A stretch of 64,000 nt of DNA from Candidatus Nomurabacteria bacterium (lineage in GTDB: Bacteria; Patescibacteriota; Minisyncoccia; Phycocordibacterales; UBA918): assembly GCA_020632155.1 (NCBI GenBank), contig JACKGE010000001.1:28011-92010 (forward strand), read 5' to 3'. The position numbers were made by a program, and so were the translations under genes. The notes under the pieces are model-generated. The model was not told where the DNA came from and searched no databases. It saw nothing but the letters and a program-made list of their open reading frames with translations. Shown in pieces: positions 1 through 9,401 of the stretch (the stretch's first letter is position 1; every line of letters begins with the position of its first letter).

Positions 1-7
1 CTACACC

Positions 8-835
8 CTACAAAAGGGTTTCAATATCGGCTGCAGTACGGAGTCGATCAATGATGGCACTCACTGCCACCTGCTGTTTCTGTCCGATTAAGCTGGCCTC
101 AAGTTGTGCTTTAACCTCCTCATACGGTGGTAGGTCTTGGCCCTGACTGCTAAGACTGTCGTAAAAAGCGGTCATCTCTTCCTCGGTCACCGTCGCACCG
201 GAAAATTCCTCGGTACCAGTAAGGTAGGCATCTACAGTGAGCTGTTCTTTAACATCAACGCGGAGCTGTTCTAGCGTCACACCGTATTTTGCCATTTCAG
301 CCTGGAACCCCTCCTCTCCACCATAACGCTCCTGAAGAGCGGCCAATTCTTGGTCGACCTGCTCGTCAGTGATTGCGATGCCAGCGTCAGCGGCTGCCTG
401 AAGCAGGAGCTTGGTGTTAATGACCACATCAAGGGCCTGCGCCTCCACCTGAGAAGCAACGACAATATCACTCATATCAGCGCCTTGTGAGGCAGCGGCT
501 GCTTTGGTTTGTTCAAGACCTTCCAAAAAATCTTCACGACTGACATCTTCACCATTGACGCGAGCCACAACCTCCGGATACTCTCGCTCAACTGACTGTG
601 TATCCGGTGTTTTCTCAGTGCGTTCGTGCATGAAGTACCACACTCCAAATACCAGCGTCCCGACGAGTACGAGGCCAAGGTACCACCAGAGCAAATTACT
701 CTTTTGAGGTGTAGCGTTACCGGCCATGGTTGGCGACACTGTTGCTTCTGACATTGTTGGTTCGGTGTCCGTAGCTTGTGAGTTTTGATTCACTTCCCCA
801 GCTACGTTGGTATTTTGCTCATTATTATCTTGCAT
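8..835 (-). CDS. SurA N-terminal-domain-like periplasmic chaperone/PPIase-family protein, membrane anchored
   Basis: 275 aa. One N-terminal TM helix (LLWWYLGLVLVGTLVFGVWYF) follows an acidic, low-complexity leader. The rest is helical with a SurA_N-like composition. The ORF ends 8 nt from the window edge. Confidence 0.45.
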   Translation of the reverse strand: MQDNNEQNTNVAGEVNQNSQATDTEPTMSEATVSPTMAGNATPQKSNLLWWYLGLVLVGTLVFGVWYFMHERTEKTPDTQSVEREYPEVVARVNGEDVSREDFLEGLEQTKAAAASQGADMSDIVVASQVEAQALDVVINTKLLLQAAADAGIAITDEQVDQELAALQERYGGEEGFQAEMAKYGVTLEQLRVDVKEQLTVDAYLTGTEEFSGATVTEEEMTAFYDSLSSQGQDLPPYEEVKAQLEASLIGQKQQVAVSAIIDRLRTAADIETLL

Positions 836-894
836 ACTAAATTTGAATTTCGAATTATCCCTCTACCCTACCACGCGCAGCTGATATCGAAAAA

Positions 895-1149
895 TCAGCA
901 GTCACCAGTCTTGATTAAAAGCTCTTTACTCTGTCTATCAAGGGCCTTAATACTATGTTCCCGTCGCAGGGCACTACTTCTATCTGCTGCCTGTTCACGG
1001 TAAACCAGTACTACCGGCCGCCGCGCCCGCGTGTATTTTGCGGCTGTCTTTCCTTCATTATGGGCGGTGACCCGCGCTGCCAGATCATTGGTGATACCAG
1101 TGTAGAGCGTATTATCAGCGCAGCGCAGGATATATACGTAATACGACAT
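895..1149 (-). CDS. GIY-YIG nuclease family protein (UPF0213-like)
   Basis: 84 aa. N-terminal YVYILRC...LYTGIT...R...E matches GIY-YIG motifs. Confidence 0.8.
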   Translation of the reverse strand: MSYYVYILRCADNTLYTGITNDLAARVTAHNEGKTAAKYTRARRPVVLVYREQAADRSSALRREHSIKALDRQSKELLIKTGDC

Positions 1150-1157
1150 ACAGGTGG

Positions 1158-2417
1158 TTATATTTCAGCATCTTCGATATCAAGCAGTGTCTGTAGGTAA
1201 GAGCTAAGACAATGCTGTGTAAAATCTATTCGCTGTGTCAGCGTATGTTCGCTCGTAAGGAAACCGCCATACGCCAAACTCGGTTCGGTGATGCGCTGAA
1301 ACTGAGTACCTGTATCACCAACCACCAGTCGGTACTCATGTGCCGCACCAAGTTGCAGTTGCTGGTTGCGGTAGTTCCAAGTATTGATCTCATGGCGAAG
1401 TGTTTGTAGGTAACCACTATCTATTTCGTCTTCAAGGACACCATAGGCACTCGTAAGGCCCTCGTTATAGGCGCAGTAGTTCTTGTAGCGATCAAAACCA
1501 CTAGCGTAGAAGGTGCGCCAATCAGTAAACTCTTTGGCGTACGTAACATAAGCCGCGTTTGGCCAAAGCTGTTGCATGTCTTTAAGGGCCGCCATGATCC
1601 AGAGATAAAGCGGACTCTCAAACGGTTTATCTTTGAGGTAGGTAAAGGCCTTGTCGATAGCGGTTTTTATTTCTGGCACTGGGTCATACTGGTAGTAGCG
1701 TACGAGTGCCAAGAGCGCCTCACCATTGGAGTATGGTGACTCACTCTCACGGAAACCCTCACCTACTCGGTACTCATCGCGAAAGCCGCCACTGTCTTTT
1801 TGGGAGGCAAGAATGTACGCAAGATAATCCTTTGCAAGCGCGGCGTATTCCTCCGGCGCATCACCTCCGTGCACTTCAAGGTAACCAAGGAGACCAAGTA
1901 AAGCCAAACTGCTCGCACCGAGCTTGCAGCTCACTGCCGAGGCGCTAGCCACGAGGCAACGAAACTCGGTTCCTGATGCTTCGCCTGCTTTGGAAAGGTC
2001 AGTGAAATGTTCGATCACCCGCTCTAAGCTCGTCTCAAGTTTGGTGCTCTTGGTTTCCTGTCTTCGGTATACCTCACCAAGCACATAGAGGGTGCCAGCC
2101 TGACGAACGATGTTGTCACCAAAGACATACGCACCTTCGTACGGTGCGTATTCATACGCAAAGTGCCCATCTTCGTCGATGGCGTTTAGTGTCCACGTTA
2201 CTCCCGCATCGATGATTGACCGTAGGTCCGCGACCGAAAGCGGTGTTACCTCCTCCGGAGCAAACCAACGCGCAAAGTACGTGCGCACGGCGCTTAGCTG
2301 TGCGGTAAGCTCTTCTTCATCTGTCGAAGTGGCCGCGCGAACGCTCGGCGGCGCGGCCGAGAGTAGTACAGCTAGAACCAAGCCACTCGCTATAAAACGC
2401 TGTAGAGCCTGTATCAT
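1158..2417 (-). CDS. secreted protein with prenyltransferase/squalene-oxidase-like (alpha/alpha toroid) repeats
   Basis: 419 aa. Signal peptide (LVLAVLLSAAPPSVRA). QKDSGGF and NGEALLAL segments resemble QxxDGGW-type repeats. Confidence 0.35.
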   Translation of the reverse strand: MIQALQRFIASGLVLAVLLSAAPPSVRAATSTDEEELTAQLSAVRTYFARWFAPEEVTPLSVADLRSIIDAGVTWTLNAIDEDGHFAYEYAPYEGAYVFGDNIVRQAGTLYVLGEVYRRQETKSTKLETSLERVIEHFTDLSKAGEASGTEFRCLVASASAVSCKLGASSLALLGLLGYLEVHGGDAPEEYAALAKDYLAYILASQKDSGGFRDEYRVGEGFRESESPYSNGEALLALVRYYQYDPVPEIKTAIDKAFTYLKDKPFESPLYLWIMAALKDMQQLWPNAAYVTYAKEFTDWRTFYASGFDRYKNYCAYNEGLTSAYGVLEDEIDSGYLQTLRHEINTWNYRNQQLQLGAAHEYRLVVGDTGTQFQRITEPSLAYGGFLTSEHTLTQRIDFTQHCLSSYLQTLLDIEDAEI

Positions 2418-3304
2418 AGTCCGATAGCACTAAAGTTCATAAGGACGGCGTTAACACCAGCCAAGTTGCGCTCCCACTCCACGGTTTCATGTGTAGCCAG
2501 CTCCACAGTAATGGCTGGTATACCAATAGATGCCAGCCAGCCTTCCGCGTCACCACTCACAGGATACGCATCAAACGACGCAATGGCTTTATATTCAGCG
2601 GCGTCAGCGTACGTGTTCATAAGCGCCAGTGTGCTCGGCAGTACTCCCTCCTCACACTCCGAGGCATACACGGCGTTGGCCTGACTGTGCCAAAAGACCA
2701 CCGCCTCAGGCTTGGTGCGCAGCACATAGTCACGTAGTGCCGCCGCTTCCGGCTCAGAAAATGCGCTCGTACCGGCACTCACGGTCTGCCCGCGCCAACG
2801 GCTCTCTGGTTGCCACTTGCAGTCGAAATTGCGATTGAGGTCGACGTCATTTGCGTTAAAACGGCCGATGGCGTCTGATTCGTTGGCAACTGCCTCAGCG
2901 GCGGTGAAGCGGTCTTCGGTACCAAGGACCGCATACACACCGTCAGGATTGAGGGATGGGATGATACTTACCGTAAGGTCACTCGGAACGAGTTCCGGCT
3001 TAGCAGTGAAATACTCTATCATTTGGTACGCCAAAACGACGCTGTTCCACTCGTAGCCGCCGTGCATACCACCAACCAGAAGTAGGTGATGCTCGCCATT
3101 GCCGAAGGTGTACACCGTTATGTTGCGGGCCTCAACCGATTCACCAATTACTTCCGTCGTGTACGGTAGCACTGGCTCAGGCTCGGGTTCTAATTCTTCA
3201 ACAATTTCCGGTACTGCCGCTGGCCACAAAAGCCATGTCCCTAGTACTAAGAGAGTGAGTGATAGAAGGCCAAAAAGCCACCACTTTCTATGCACGGGCA
3301 TCAC
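2414..3304 (-). CDS. M14-family zinc carboxypeptidase, secreted/membrane anchored
   Basis: 296 aa. N-terminal TM helix, then HGGYEW (HxxE-like), NPDG and DLNRNFDCKW motifs typical of peptidase M14. Confidence 0.7.
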   Translation of the reverse strand: MMPVHRKWWLFGLLSLTLLVLGTWLLWPAAVPEIVEELEPEPEPVLPYTTEVIGESVEARNITVYTFGNGEHHLLLVGGMHGGYEWNSVVLAYQMIEYFTAKPELVPSDLTVSIIPSLNPDGVYAVLGTEDRFTAAEAVANESDAIGRFNANDVDLNRNFDCKWQPESRWRGQTVSAGTSAFSEPEAAALRDYVLRTKPEAVVFWHSQANAVYASECEEGVLPSTLALMNTYADAAEYKAIASFDAYPVSGDAEGWLASIGIPAITVELATHETVEWERNLAGVNAVLMNFSAIGL

Positions 3305-3306
3305 GG

Positions 3307-4242
3307 TTATTCAAGATAGGTGCTAATAACCGCCTTCACGCCATCAAGGTTCTGGCTGAGCTCGGTGGTTTCGTAGTCGGTAAGGAGCACACTGATAGCA
3401 GGTATGTTCTCTTTTGCGAGCCAGTTGACCATGTCGCCATTCACGACGTACGCGTCAAAACTCGATTCCACCGGATAATCCGCAGCCTCAGCAAAGGTGC
3501 TCGCGAGCTTCGTAGAGACTGTACTTGGTGCTCCACTACAAGCAGATGGGTACACCTTACCCTCAGCACTGAACCACACCACCACCGCAGCTGGTTTGTG
3601 GGCCATAACGTAGTCACGTATTGCTTGACTCTCCGGCTCTGAGAAGGCGCTACTGCCGCCACTAACGGTCTGATTACGCCAGACACCGGTTGCTTTCCAA
3701 TCACAATCAAAGTTGCGGTTAAGGTCTACCTTGTTGGCGTTAAAGCGACCAGCTACAGTAGCGTTATTTTCTTTGAGAGTAACTGATTCTGATAACTCAG
3801 GGCTACCATACACAGCTTCGATTCCATCAGGATTGAGAGCGGGGATGATGGTCAGACGAATATCCGCCGGCAAGCGTCCATCAGCGGCAAAGTACGTGCG
3901 CATCTCGTTCATAAGAAGCGTGGTGTTGCCAGCGTACGCACCATGGACACCACCCACAAGCACCAGTTCTTTCTCACCGGTACCGTAGTGATAGGCCATG
4001 ATGTCGTTACCCTCAACCGAGGTACCGATCTTGGTCTCCGTTGGTAAGGTGTCTTCATTATCCATTTGCTCGTCAGTCATTTCATCGTCGGTCATATCGG
4101 TAGTGGTTGTGGTTTGACTCTTAGTGTCGGTCTTGCTTTTTTCGTTGTTGGCCGTGAAGGTATCAAAGCTTCCCTGCATCACCATAAAGATGACCAGAGC
4201 GGCAATGATCGCACCCAAAACGACAATAATAGTGTTTTTCAT
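3307..4242 (-). CDS. M14-family carboxypeptidase paralog (possibly catalytically degenerate)
   Basis: 311 aa. Tandem paralog of 2414..3304. It keeps NPDG and VDLNRNFDCDW, but HGAYAG replaces HGGYEW, so the conserved Glu is missing. N-terminal TM helix plus an acidic Thr/Asp-rich linker. Confidence 0.65.
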   Translation of the reverse strand: MKNTIIVVLGAIIAALVIFMVMQGSFDTFTANNEKSKTDTKSQTTTTTDMTDDEMTDEQMDNEDTLPTETKIGTSVEGNDIMAYHYGTGEKELVLVGGVHGAYAGNTTLLMNEMRTYFAADGRLPADIRLTIIPALNPDGIEAVYGSPELSESVTLKENNATVAGRFNANKVDLNRNFDCDWKATGVWRNQTVSGGSSAFSEPESQAIRDYVMAHKPAAVVVWFSAEGKVYPSACSGAPSTVSTKLASTFAEAADYPVESSFDAYVVNGDMVNWLAKENIPAISVLLTDYETTELSQNLDGVKAVISTYLE

Positions 4243-4342
4243 AGTTCCATTGACTTAATCTCCTAAACGTTCAAGGCAAGCGGCTAAAGGCAGCAAAATT
4301 TCAGTCAGCCGCGCCTGTTACTTCTATTTTAACACGAGCGAG

Positions 4343-4388
4343 AAAAGCCCTCTAAAAGCCGCGCCAGCGGGGCTTTTAGAGGGCTTTT
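4343..4388. terminator. bidirectional rho-independent terminator (18-bp perfect arms)
   Basis: AAAAGCCCTCTAAAAGCC...GGCTTTTAGAGGGCTTTT palindrome between the convergent ends and starts of neighbouring minus-strand genes. Confidence 0.6.
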
Positions 4389-4399
4389 CTTCTACATCT

Positions 4400-4933
4400 C
4401 TACTGCGTCTCTAAGGTCACCGGCAGCTCAAAGGCAGCGTCATTTTCCGGTAATCCAGACGGGTTGTCCTTGCGGAAGATAATGGTGCCACTGGTGCTGT
4501 ATGGTTCTTCTTCCGGTCGGTAGGTTATTTCTCCGGTAAACGGCACAAAGTCCTCGGTCATCCAATTTCCTTCGGCGGTTATGTATCCCTCACCGAGAAT
4601 GACTCCATCCCAGTTCACGATACTGACCGGCGCACTCGCCTCAAAGAACCAGTAGCCGCGCGCGCTGCCACTTACAGCCACCGTGGTGCCGACACTGGCA
4701 CCCTCAGTAGGTGTCTCCAAACAAAAGAGGTCTTTGATACCGACACACGTTTCATCAGTGTCATTCGTATGTTCGTTAGACTCATCCTCGGCGGCTGTGT
4801 CTTTGCTCGGCATACCCTCCGGCATCGGGAGGTTACGGTCATGCTCAAGCACAAAGAGTAAGAGCGCTGCGAGCACCACCCCGCTAAGAAAAATGAGTAC
4901 CAAATTGCGTTGTTCGTGAGGACTGCGACTCAT
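4400..4933 (-). CDS. hypothetical membrane-anchored exported protein
   Basis: 177 aa. N-terminal TM helix (LVLIFLSGVVLAALLLFVL), an acidic linker, then a beta-rich C-terminal domain. Confidence 0.4.
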   Translation of the reverse strand: MSRSPHEQRNLVLIFLSGVVLAALLLFVLEHDRNLPMPEGMPSKDTAAEDESNEHTNDTDETCVGIKDLFCLETPTEGASVGTTVAVSGSARGYWFFEASAPVSIVNWDGVILGEGYITAEGNWMTEDFVPFTGEITYRPEEEPYSTSGTIIFRKDNPSGLPENDAAFELPVTLETQ

Positions 4934-5133
4934 AGTAAACCGTCAAACTGACTCATGTAGCTGTTAATAAAGGCTGGAATGGCGATAAGAAGACCCAGGG
5001 CCGGCAAGACCACCATCGCAATCGTGACCCACATCACGACAAGGAAATACTTGCGTGTTTTTTCCACTGATACATAGATGGCGTCGATTTTCTCCGCTTG
5101 GGCTTTCAGCTGTTGTTCAAGATTCGGTTCCAT
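4930..5133 (-). CDS. small membrane protein
   Basis: 67 aa. One TM helix. Overlaps its neighbours by 4 nt in an operon-like arrangement. Confidence 0.35.
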   Translation of the reverse strand: MEPNLEQQLKAQAEKIDAIYVSVEKTRKYFLVVMWVTIAMVVLPALGLLIAIPAFINSYMSQFDGLL

Positions 5134-5135
5134 AA

Positions 5136-5546
5136 TTATGCTTCGTAGGAGAGCATTCGCTTTCCGTCCCCTACAAGGTGCGTGACCACCGCATCAATAA
5201 TAAGACCGTAGAGGGCACCCATACCGACGATCATCCAGAATGTTCCCCACGTAGTGCCGTCGTCATAAAAAGCTGAGGCAGCTAACCCAAGTGAGAGAAT
5301 AATGCCCACGCCAATACCGCGCAGATAGCGCATATGGATGAACTGCAGCAGCGGATGCTGCGTCACTACGCCAAGGAGACCCACAAAGAAACCAATCGGC
5401 GCGCGACTTAAGAACATGTACCAGAAGAACGGACCGCTCGTGTCCCACACTTCTGGATTCATGGTGCCGGTGAGGTAAATATCGACAAAGGCAAAGACGA
5501 TACCTAGTCCAAGAGCCATCACGACTCGTTTTGCATACATATTCAT
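5136..5546 (-). CDS. integral membrane protein (4 predicted TM helices)
   Basis: 136 aa, hydrophobic throughout. Confidence 0.45.
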   Translation of the reverse strand: MNMYAKRVVMALGLGIVFAFVDIYLTGTMNPEVWDTSGPFFWYMFLSRAPIGFFVGLLGVVTQHPLLQFIHMRYLRGIGVGIILSLGLAASAFYDDGTTWGTFWMIVGMGALYGLIIDAVVTHLVGDGKRMLSYEA

Positions 5547-5603
5547 AGCAATTAAAGCTTATGCTTTTAAACTACTCTAAGTATACACCTTTTACAGCAG
5601 TGT

Positions 5604-6074
5604 CTATTTCTTCAAATTAATTTGGTATTGGGTACGCTGAGTTTTTATCAATTTTTGTAACTCCTCTAAACTAACAAGCTTATACCCTAGTGACTCTGGG
5701 TGCAGACTTACAAAACAAAATTTGTATTGCTTTCCAAGTTTCTTTGCCATATCAAACTCATTTTGAGTAGCACCGAAGAAAAAACCCTTGGGATTCTCAG
5801 GTAAATATTTTTGAGTTGTTTTAAGTTCTACTAAAGTAATATCTTTAGCGTTAGCAATAGTGATTTCACGTTCATTGTTTGTATGTCTAGGAAGTATAAA
5901 AAGGTCAAATGTTCTACTGAATCTTTTTTCCATTTGTAAAGCCTCAACAATTTGCTTTCTACCTTCTTTTGACGGTAATAAGAAACGCTTATCCACTGAC
6001 TGTAAAAAATCAATGGCCTGCTTTTCAGTTTTATTGTTAGAAAGGGTTATTTTATATGAGATATCGGACGCCAT
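5604..6074 (-). CDS. hypothetical protein in the low-GC R-M island; possible PD-(D/E)xK-type nuclease
   Basis: 156 aa, roughly 33% GC. FDLFILP...ITLVELK resembles a D...ExK nuclease core. It is divergent from the 6173 ORF and adjacent to the C5-MTase. Confidence 0.35.
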   Translation of the reverse strand: MASDISYKITLSNNKTEKQAIDFLQSVDKRFLLPSKEGRKQIVEALQMEKRFSRTFDLFILPRHTNNEREITIANAKDITLVELKTTQKYLPENPKGFFFGATQNEFDMAKKLGKQYKFCFVSLHPESLGYKLVSLEELQKLIKTQRTQYQINLKK

Positions 6075-6172
6075 TCAGATAACTAAAACAAAATAACTGT
6101 CACTGATCAAGATCAGTTGCTGAAACACCAACATCTTGTATCAAAAGATGTTTTAGCGTAACTTTCATAGCA

Positions 6173-6925
6173 ATGAATACAGATAAGAAAAAAATAATTG
6201 ACCTATTTAATAAGAACGTCAGAGGCAAGAGCTCAGATACGAATGCAGCAAATGTAAAGCATGCTGGTAAGGAGGGTCATTGGTTGGAAACTCAAATGGG
6301 CATAGCTCGGAATGCTAGCAATACACCAGACCTATTTGGCTATGAAATGAAAAATCACACCTCTCAAAAGACTACCTTCGGCGACTGGTCAGCCAGTTGT
6401 TATATTTGGCACGATAAGACTTTTGAGATACAACGAGACGATTTCTTGAGAATTTTTGGAAAACCTAATCTTAAAAAAGGTGGGAGATATTCATGGTCTG
6501 GTGAACCAATACCCAAAATAGACCAATACAACAATTTTGGACAAATACTACTTATTGATGATGAACAAAACATAGTAATTGAATATTCTTTTTCTCATGA
6601 CCAGCGAGAAAACAAATCGACACTAATACCATCCTCAATGCAGCAAGAGCATTTGATTTTAGCAAGATGGAATCGTGACTGGATGAAAGCAAAGGTTGAA
6701 AGAAAATTCAATCAAAAAGGATGGTTTAAATGTCTAAAAAATAATGAAGGGGTTTATTCAAAAATTGTTTTTGGAGAACCAATGACGTATGAGAATTGGC
6801 TCGAAGGGGTCCGAGAAGGCCTGATATTTTTTGATAGTGGAATGTATCAAACTAATCCTAGAAACTATTCTCAATGGCGAGCATACAATGCTTACTGGGA
6901 TAATTTAGTTATTGAGAGTTACTAA
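6173..6925 (+). CDS. putative type II restriction endonuclease partner of the C5-methyltransferase
   Basis: 250 aa, roughly 35% GC. Convergent with the MTase gene and overlapping it by 21 nt. No recognisable conserved fold. The call rests on context only. Confidence 0.35.
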   Translation: MNTDKKKIIDLFNKNVRGKSSDTNAANVKHAGKEGHWLETQMGIARNASNTPDLFGYEMKNHTSQKTTFGDWSASCYIWHDKTFEIQRDDFLRIFGKPNLKKGGRYSWSGEPIPKIDQYNNFGQILLIDDEQNIVIEYSFSHDQRENKSTLIPSSMQQEHLILARWNRDWMKAKVERKFNQKGWFKCLKNNEGVYSKIVFGEPMTYENWLEGVREGLIFFDSGMYQTNPRNYSQWRAYNAYWDNLVIESY

Positions 6926-7993
6926 GGATGCTTCAGCAGCCTTCACGTGAAGGTCTTTAATCGAATCAAGGTCAATTAACTTTGCTTTTTTTGGCGCTCT
7001 TTTGAGGTCTCTCAATTCCTTTACTACATTTTTAGCAATCGCATTAATAACAGGCACTGCTACACTGTTGCCAAACTGCTTATAAGCTTGAGCGTCACTC
7101 ACAGGTATAACAAAATCATCGGGATATCCTTGTAATCTTGCAGCTTCACGCGGAGTTAATTTTCTTGGGTTCTTCCCCTTCTGCTCAATTAAAATCTCAG
7201 AACCGTCTTTATAGTAACGAGCTGATATTGTGCTTGTGTAAACTGAGTCATCATTAAACATAGAATAGCCAAATCCATATCCTTTTTCGGCATGCTCTTT
7301 CTTTCTTCTTTGGTGACCAGCCCATAATTTATCTGAGATAGTGTATTTATCATCAACATTTTTTTCCAAAATATTTCCCACTCGAGTTTGTACACCAAGG
7401 GGTTCAGGAAATTCAAAATTGGTCTTACCCAAAAACGCAACAATATAGATTCTTTCTCTATTTTGCGGAACACCGAAGTCTCTTGCGTTAAGTACTTTTG
7501 CATGTACTTCGTAACCCATCTCTTCCAGAACAGTCTTCACAACATTAAAAGTATTACCCTTGTCATGAGTCTTAAATCTTTTCACATTCTCCAAGAACAC
7601 TACACGAGGCCTGTGATGATTAACAATACGAGCAACGTCAAAGAATAGAGTTCCGCGAGTATCGGCAAAACCTTTCTTCAGTCCAGCTTGTGAAAACGGC
7701 TGACAAGGAAATCCCCCTAAAAGAACATCAAAAGCTGGTATTTCTTCTGGCTCTATCTGAGTGATGTCACCATACGGAATCTCATCAAAATTTGCCTGAT
7801 ACGTAGTTTGAGCGTGTTTGTCCCACTCAGAAGAAAAGACGCTTTCTCCTCCATGTTGTTCAAAACCTAACCGGATTCCGCCAATCCCAGCAAACAAATC
7901 AATAATTTTAAAATCACCCATACTTTCTTTTGCTGCACCAGAAAATAAACTTGGTGTCTTTATGCTTCTCTTAATAATATCATCTGCTCTCAT
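6905..7993 (-). CDS. DNA (cytosine-5)-methyltransferase
   Basis: 362 aa. Motif I FAGIGGIRLGF, motif IV PCQPFSQAG, motif VI ENV and motif X QFGNSV are all present. The true start may be the internal MGDFKII, about 24 codons in. Confidence 0.9.
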   Translation of the reverse strand: MRADDIIKRSIKTPSLFSGAAKESMGDFKIIDLFAGIGGIRLGFEQHGGESVFSSEWDKHAQTTYQANFDEIPYGDITQIEPEEIPAFDVLLGGFPCQPFSQAGLKKGFADTRGTLFFDVARIVNHHRPRVVFLENVKRFKTHDKGNTFNVVKTVLEEMGYEVHAKVLNARDFGVPQNRERIYIVAFLGKTNFEFPEPLGVQTRVGNILEKNVDDKYTISDKLWAGHQRRKKEHAEKGYGFGYSMFNDDSVYTSTISARYYKDGSEILIEQKGKNPRKLTPREAARLQGYPDDFVIPVSDAQAYKQFGNSVAVPVINAIAKNVVKELRDLKRAPKKAKLIDLDSIKDLHVKAAEASLVTLNN

Positions 7994-7995
7994 AA

Positions 7996-8613
7996 TTAGA
8001 ACTCACTACTTATTACACCCATTACCTTTCCTTGTACATCCACATTTTCTTCATAGAAAGGTTGGAGCTTTTTGTTTGACGGAACCAATTTGAACCGACC
8101 TTTTTCTTTATATATCCTCTTTAATGTCACTTCATTTCTGTCTGGAATATAAGCAACTACTCTGTCGCCGTCATCTGCATCACTTTGCTCTCTAATAATC
8201 ACAATCGAACCATCTGGAATACCATCTTCAATCATTGAGTCACCAGCGATACGAAGTGCGTAGTATTTAGAACCGAGCGGAACCATACTCTTCGGCACTT
8301 CAACTGGACGAACATCACGGATGGCTTCAATTGGACCACCAGCCGCAATGATACCCATCAGTGGCACGGTCACAGCACTCGCCGGCCTGTCACTGAAATA
8401 AGATTCAATTGAACGCCGTTTACTTTTCTGACTGCTGATGAGGTTCTTCTTTTTAAGTGCACTCACGTGCTGGTGTACTGTCGGCACAGACACGTCAAAG
8501 TGACCCGCTATCTCAACCAGCGATGGTGAATAGCCTTTTTTTCTAAGGAAATTATTAATAAAAGCCAGAACCTCGGCCTGCTTCTTTGAAGGCATATTTG
8601 ACGAATCTACCAT
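7996..8613 (-). CDS. lexA: LexA transcriptional repressor (S24 peptidase)
   Basis: 205 aa. N-terminal winged HTH, an AAGGP Ala-Gly cleavage site, an AGDSM catalytic Ser and a TLKR catalytic Lys. Confidence 0.9.
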   Translation of the reverse strand: MVDSSNMPSKKQAEVLAFINNFLRKKGYSPSLVEIAGHFDVSVPTVHQHVSALKKKNLISSQKSKRRSIESYFSDRPASAVTVPLMGIIAAGGPIEAIRDVRPVEVPKSMVPLGSKYYALRIAGDSMIEDGIPDGSIVIIREQSDADDGDRVVAYIPDRNEVTLKRIYKEKGRFKLVPSNKKLQPFYEENVDVQGKVMGVISSEF

Positions 8614-8618
8614 ACCTA

Positions 8619-8637
8619 AAGTTTACTACCTAAACTT
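8619..8637. promoter_or_regulatory. inverted repeat AAGTTTA-N5-TAAACTT, candidate LexA operator
   Basis: 7-bp perfect inverted repeat 6-24 nt upstream of the lexA start codon, overlapping the likely RBS. Confidence 0.3.
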
Positions 8638-8672
8638 AGCCGAATTATTAGTAATCCACAACACCATTTTTT

Positions 8673-8700
8673 TTGACACAAAAACTATTTGTGCTATAAT
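8673..8700 (+). promoter_or_regulatory. sigma70-type promoter (TTGACA-16-TATAAT)
   Basis: Consensus -35 TTGACA at 8673-8678 and -10 TATAAT at 8695-8700, with a 16-nt spacer, 44 nt upstream of the ATG at 8744. Confidence 0.55.
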
Positions 8701-8743
8701 TAAAAAAGTTCCTAAAACCTAGTCCTACCTACGGAGATTCGAA

Positions 8744-9205
8744 ATGAAAATTGCAGCCCTGCTCTCTCTCGTCTATACCATCGTCATTGGAGTATTCCTG
8801 ACGATGCAGGGATACTACCTGACTCGCGACGTCGAGTCGGTGGCACACCGAGCCCAAGTGGCAGCTGATGTACCCGACATGCTCGAGTATATGAAGAAGC
8901 TTAGGGTTGGGATGGAGCACCACAACATGACAACGGGGCACACCGCCCTCATCTTCAAGAGCCCTGCCAACGACTTAGGCAAGCTGGTTGGCTCCATCGA
9001 CCAAATCATTGCCCGTCTGGACGCAATCAAGGAGATTCCGCGTGTCGAGACTACGTATCAGGTGGCCCTCGATGACATCCGCGGAACCATCCGTGAACTG
9101 GAGTCTCCTTCCCTCGGATACCTGTGGGTCCAGTACTGGTTCCTGTTCTTGGGATTCGGTATCTGGGTATGGCCCCTCTGGAGGTTCGTCGCCGACGAAT
9201 TCTGA
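8744..9205 (+). CDS. membrane protein, unknown function
   Basis: 153 aa. An N-terminal and a C-terminal TM helix. Strong promoter upstream and a terminator-like hairpin plus T-run downstream. Confidence 0.5.
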   Translation: MKIAALLSLVYTIVIGVFLTMQGYYLTRDVESVAHRAQVAADVPDMLEYMKKLRVGMEHHNMTTGHTALIFKSPANDLGKLVGSIDQIIARLDAIKEIPRVETTYQVALDDIRGTIRELESPSLGYLWVQYWFLFLGFGIWVWPLWRFVADEF

Positions 9206-9401
9206 TGTGTCGCGGCTCCCAACAAGCAGTCCACCACTCTTTGAAAGGGTTGGTTGGGCGGCTCTTTTTTTTCTTACCACAAGCCAACAACCTTTATAAA
9301 ATTACGACACTCCACTTCAGTCTACAGGGTTTGGTTTTGCGGAAAGTGTTACTTTACGTTACTGTACGGGAGGACCGCCCTATAATCAAAGGAGAACGGG
9401 C

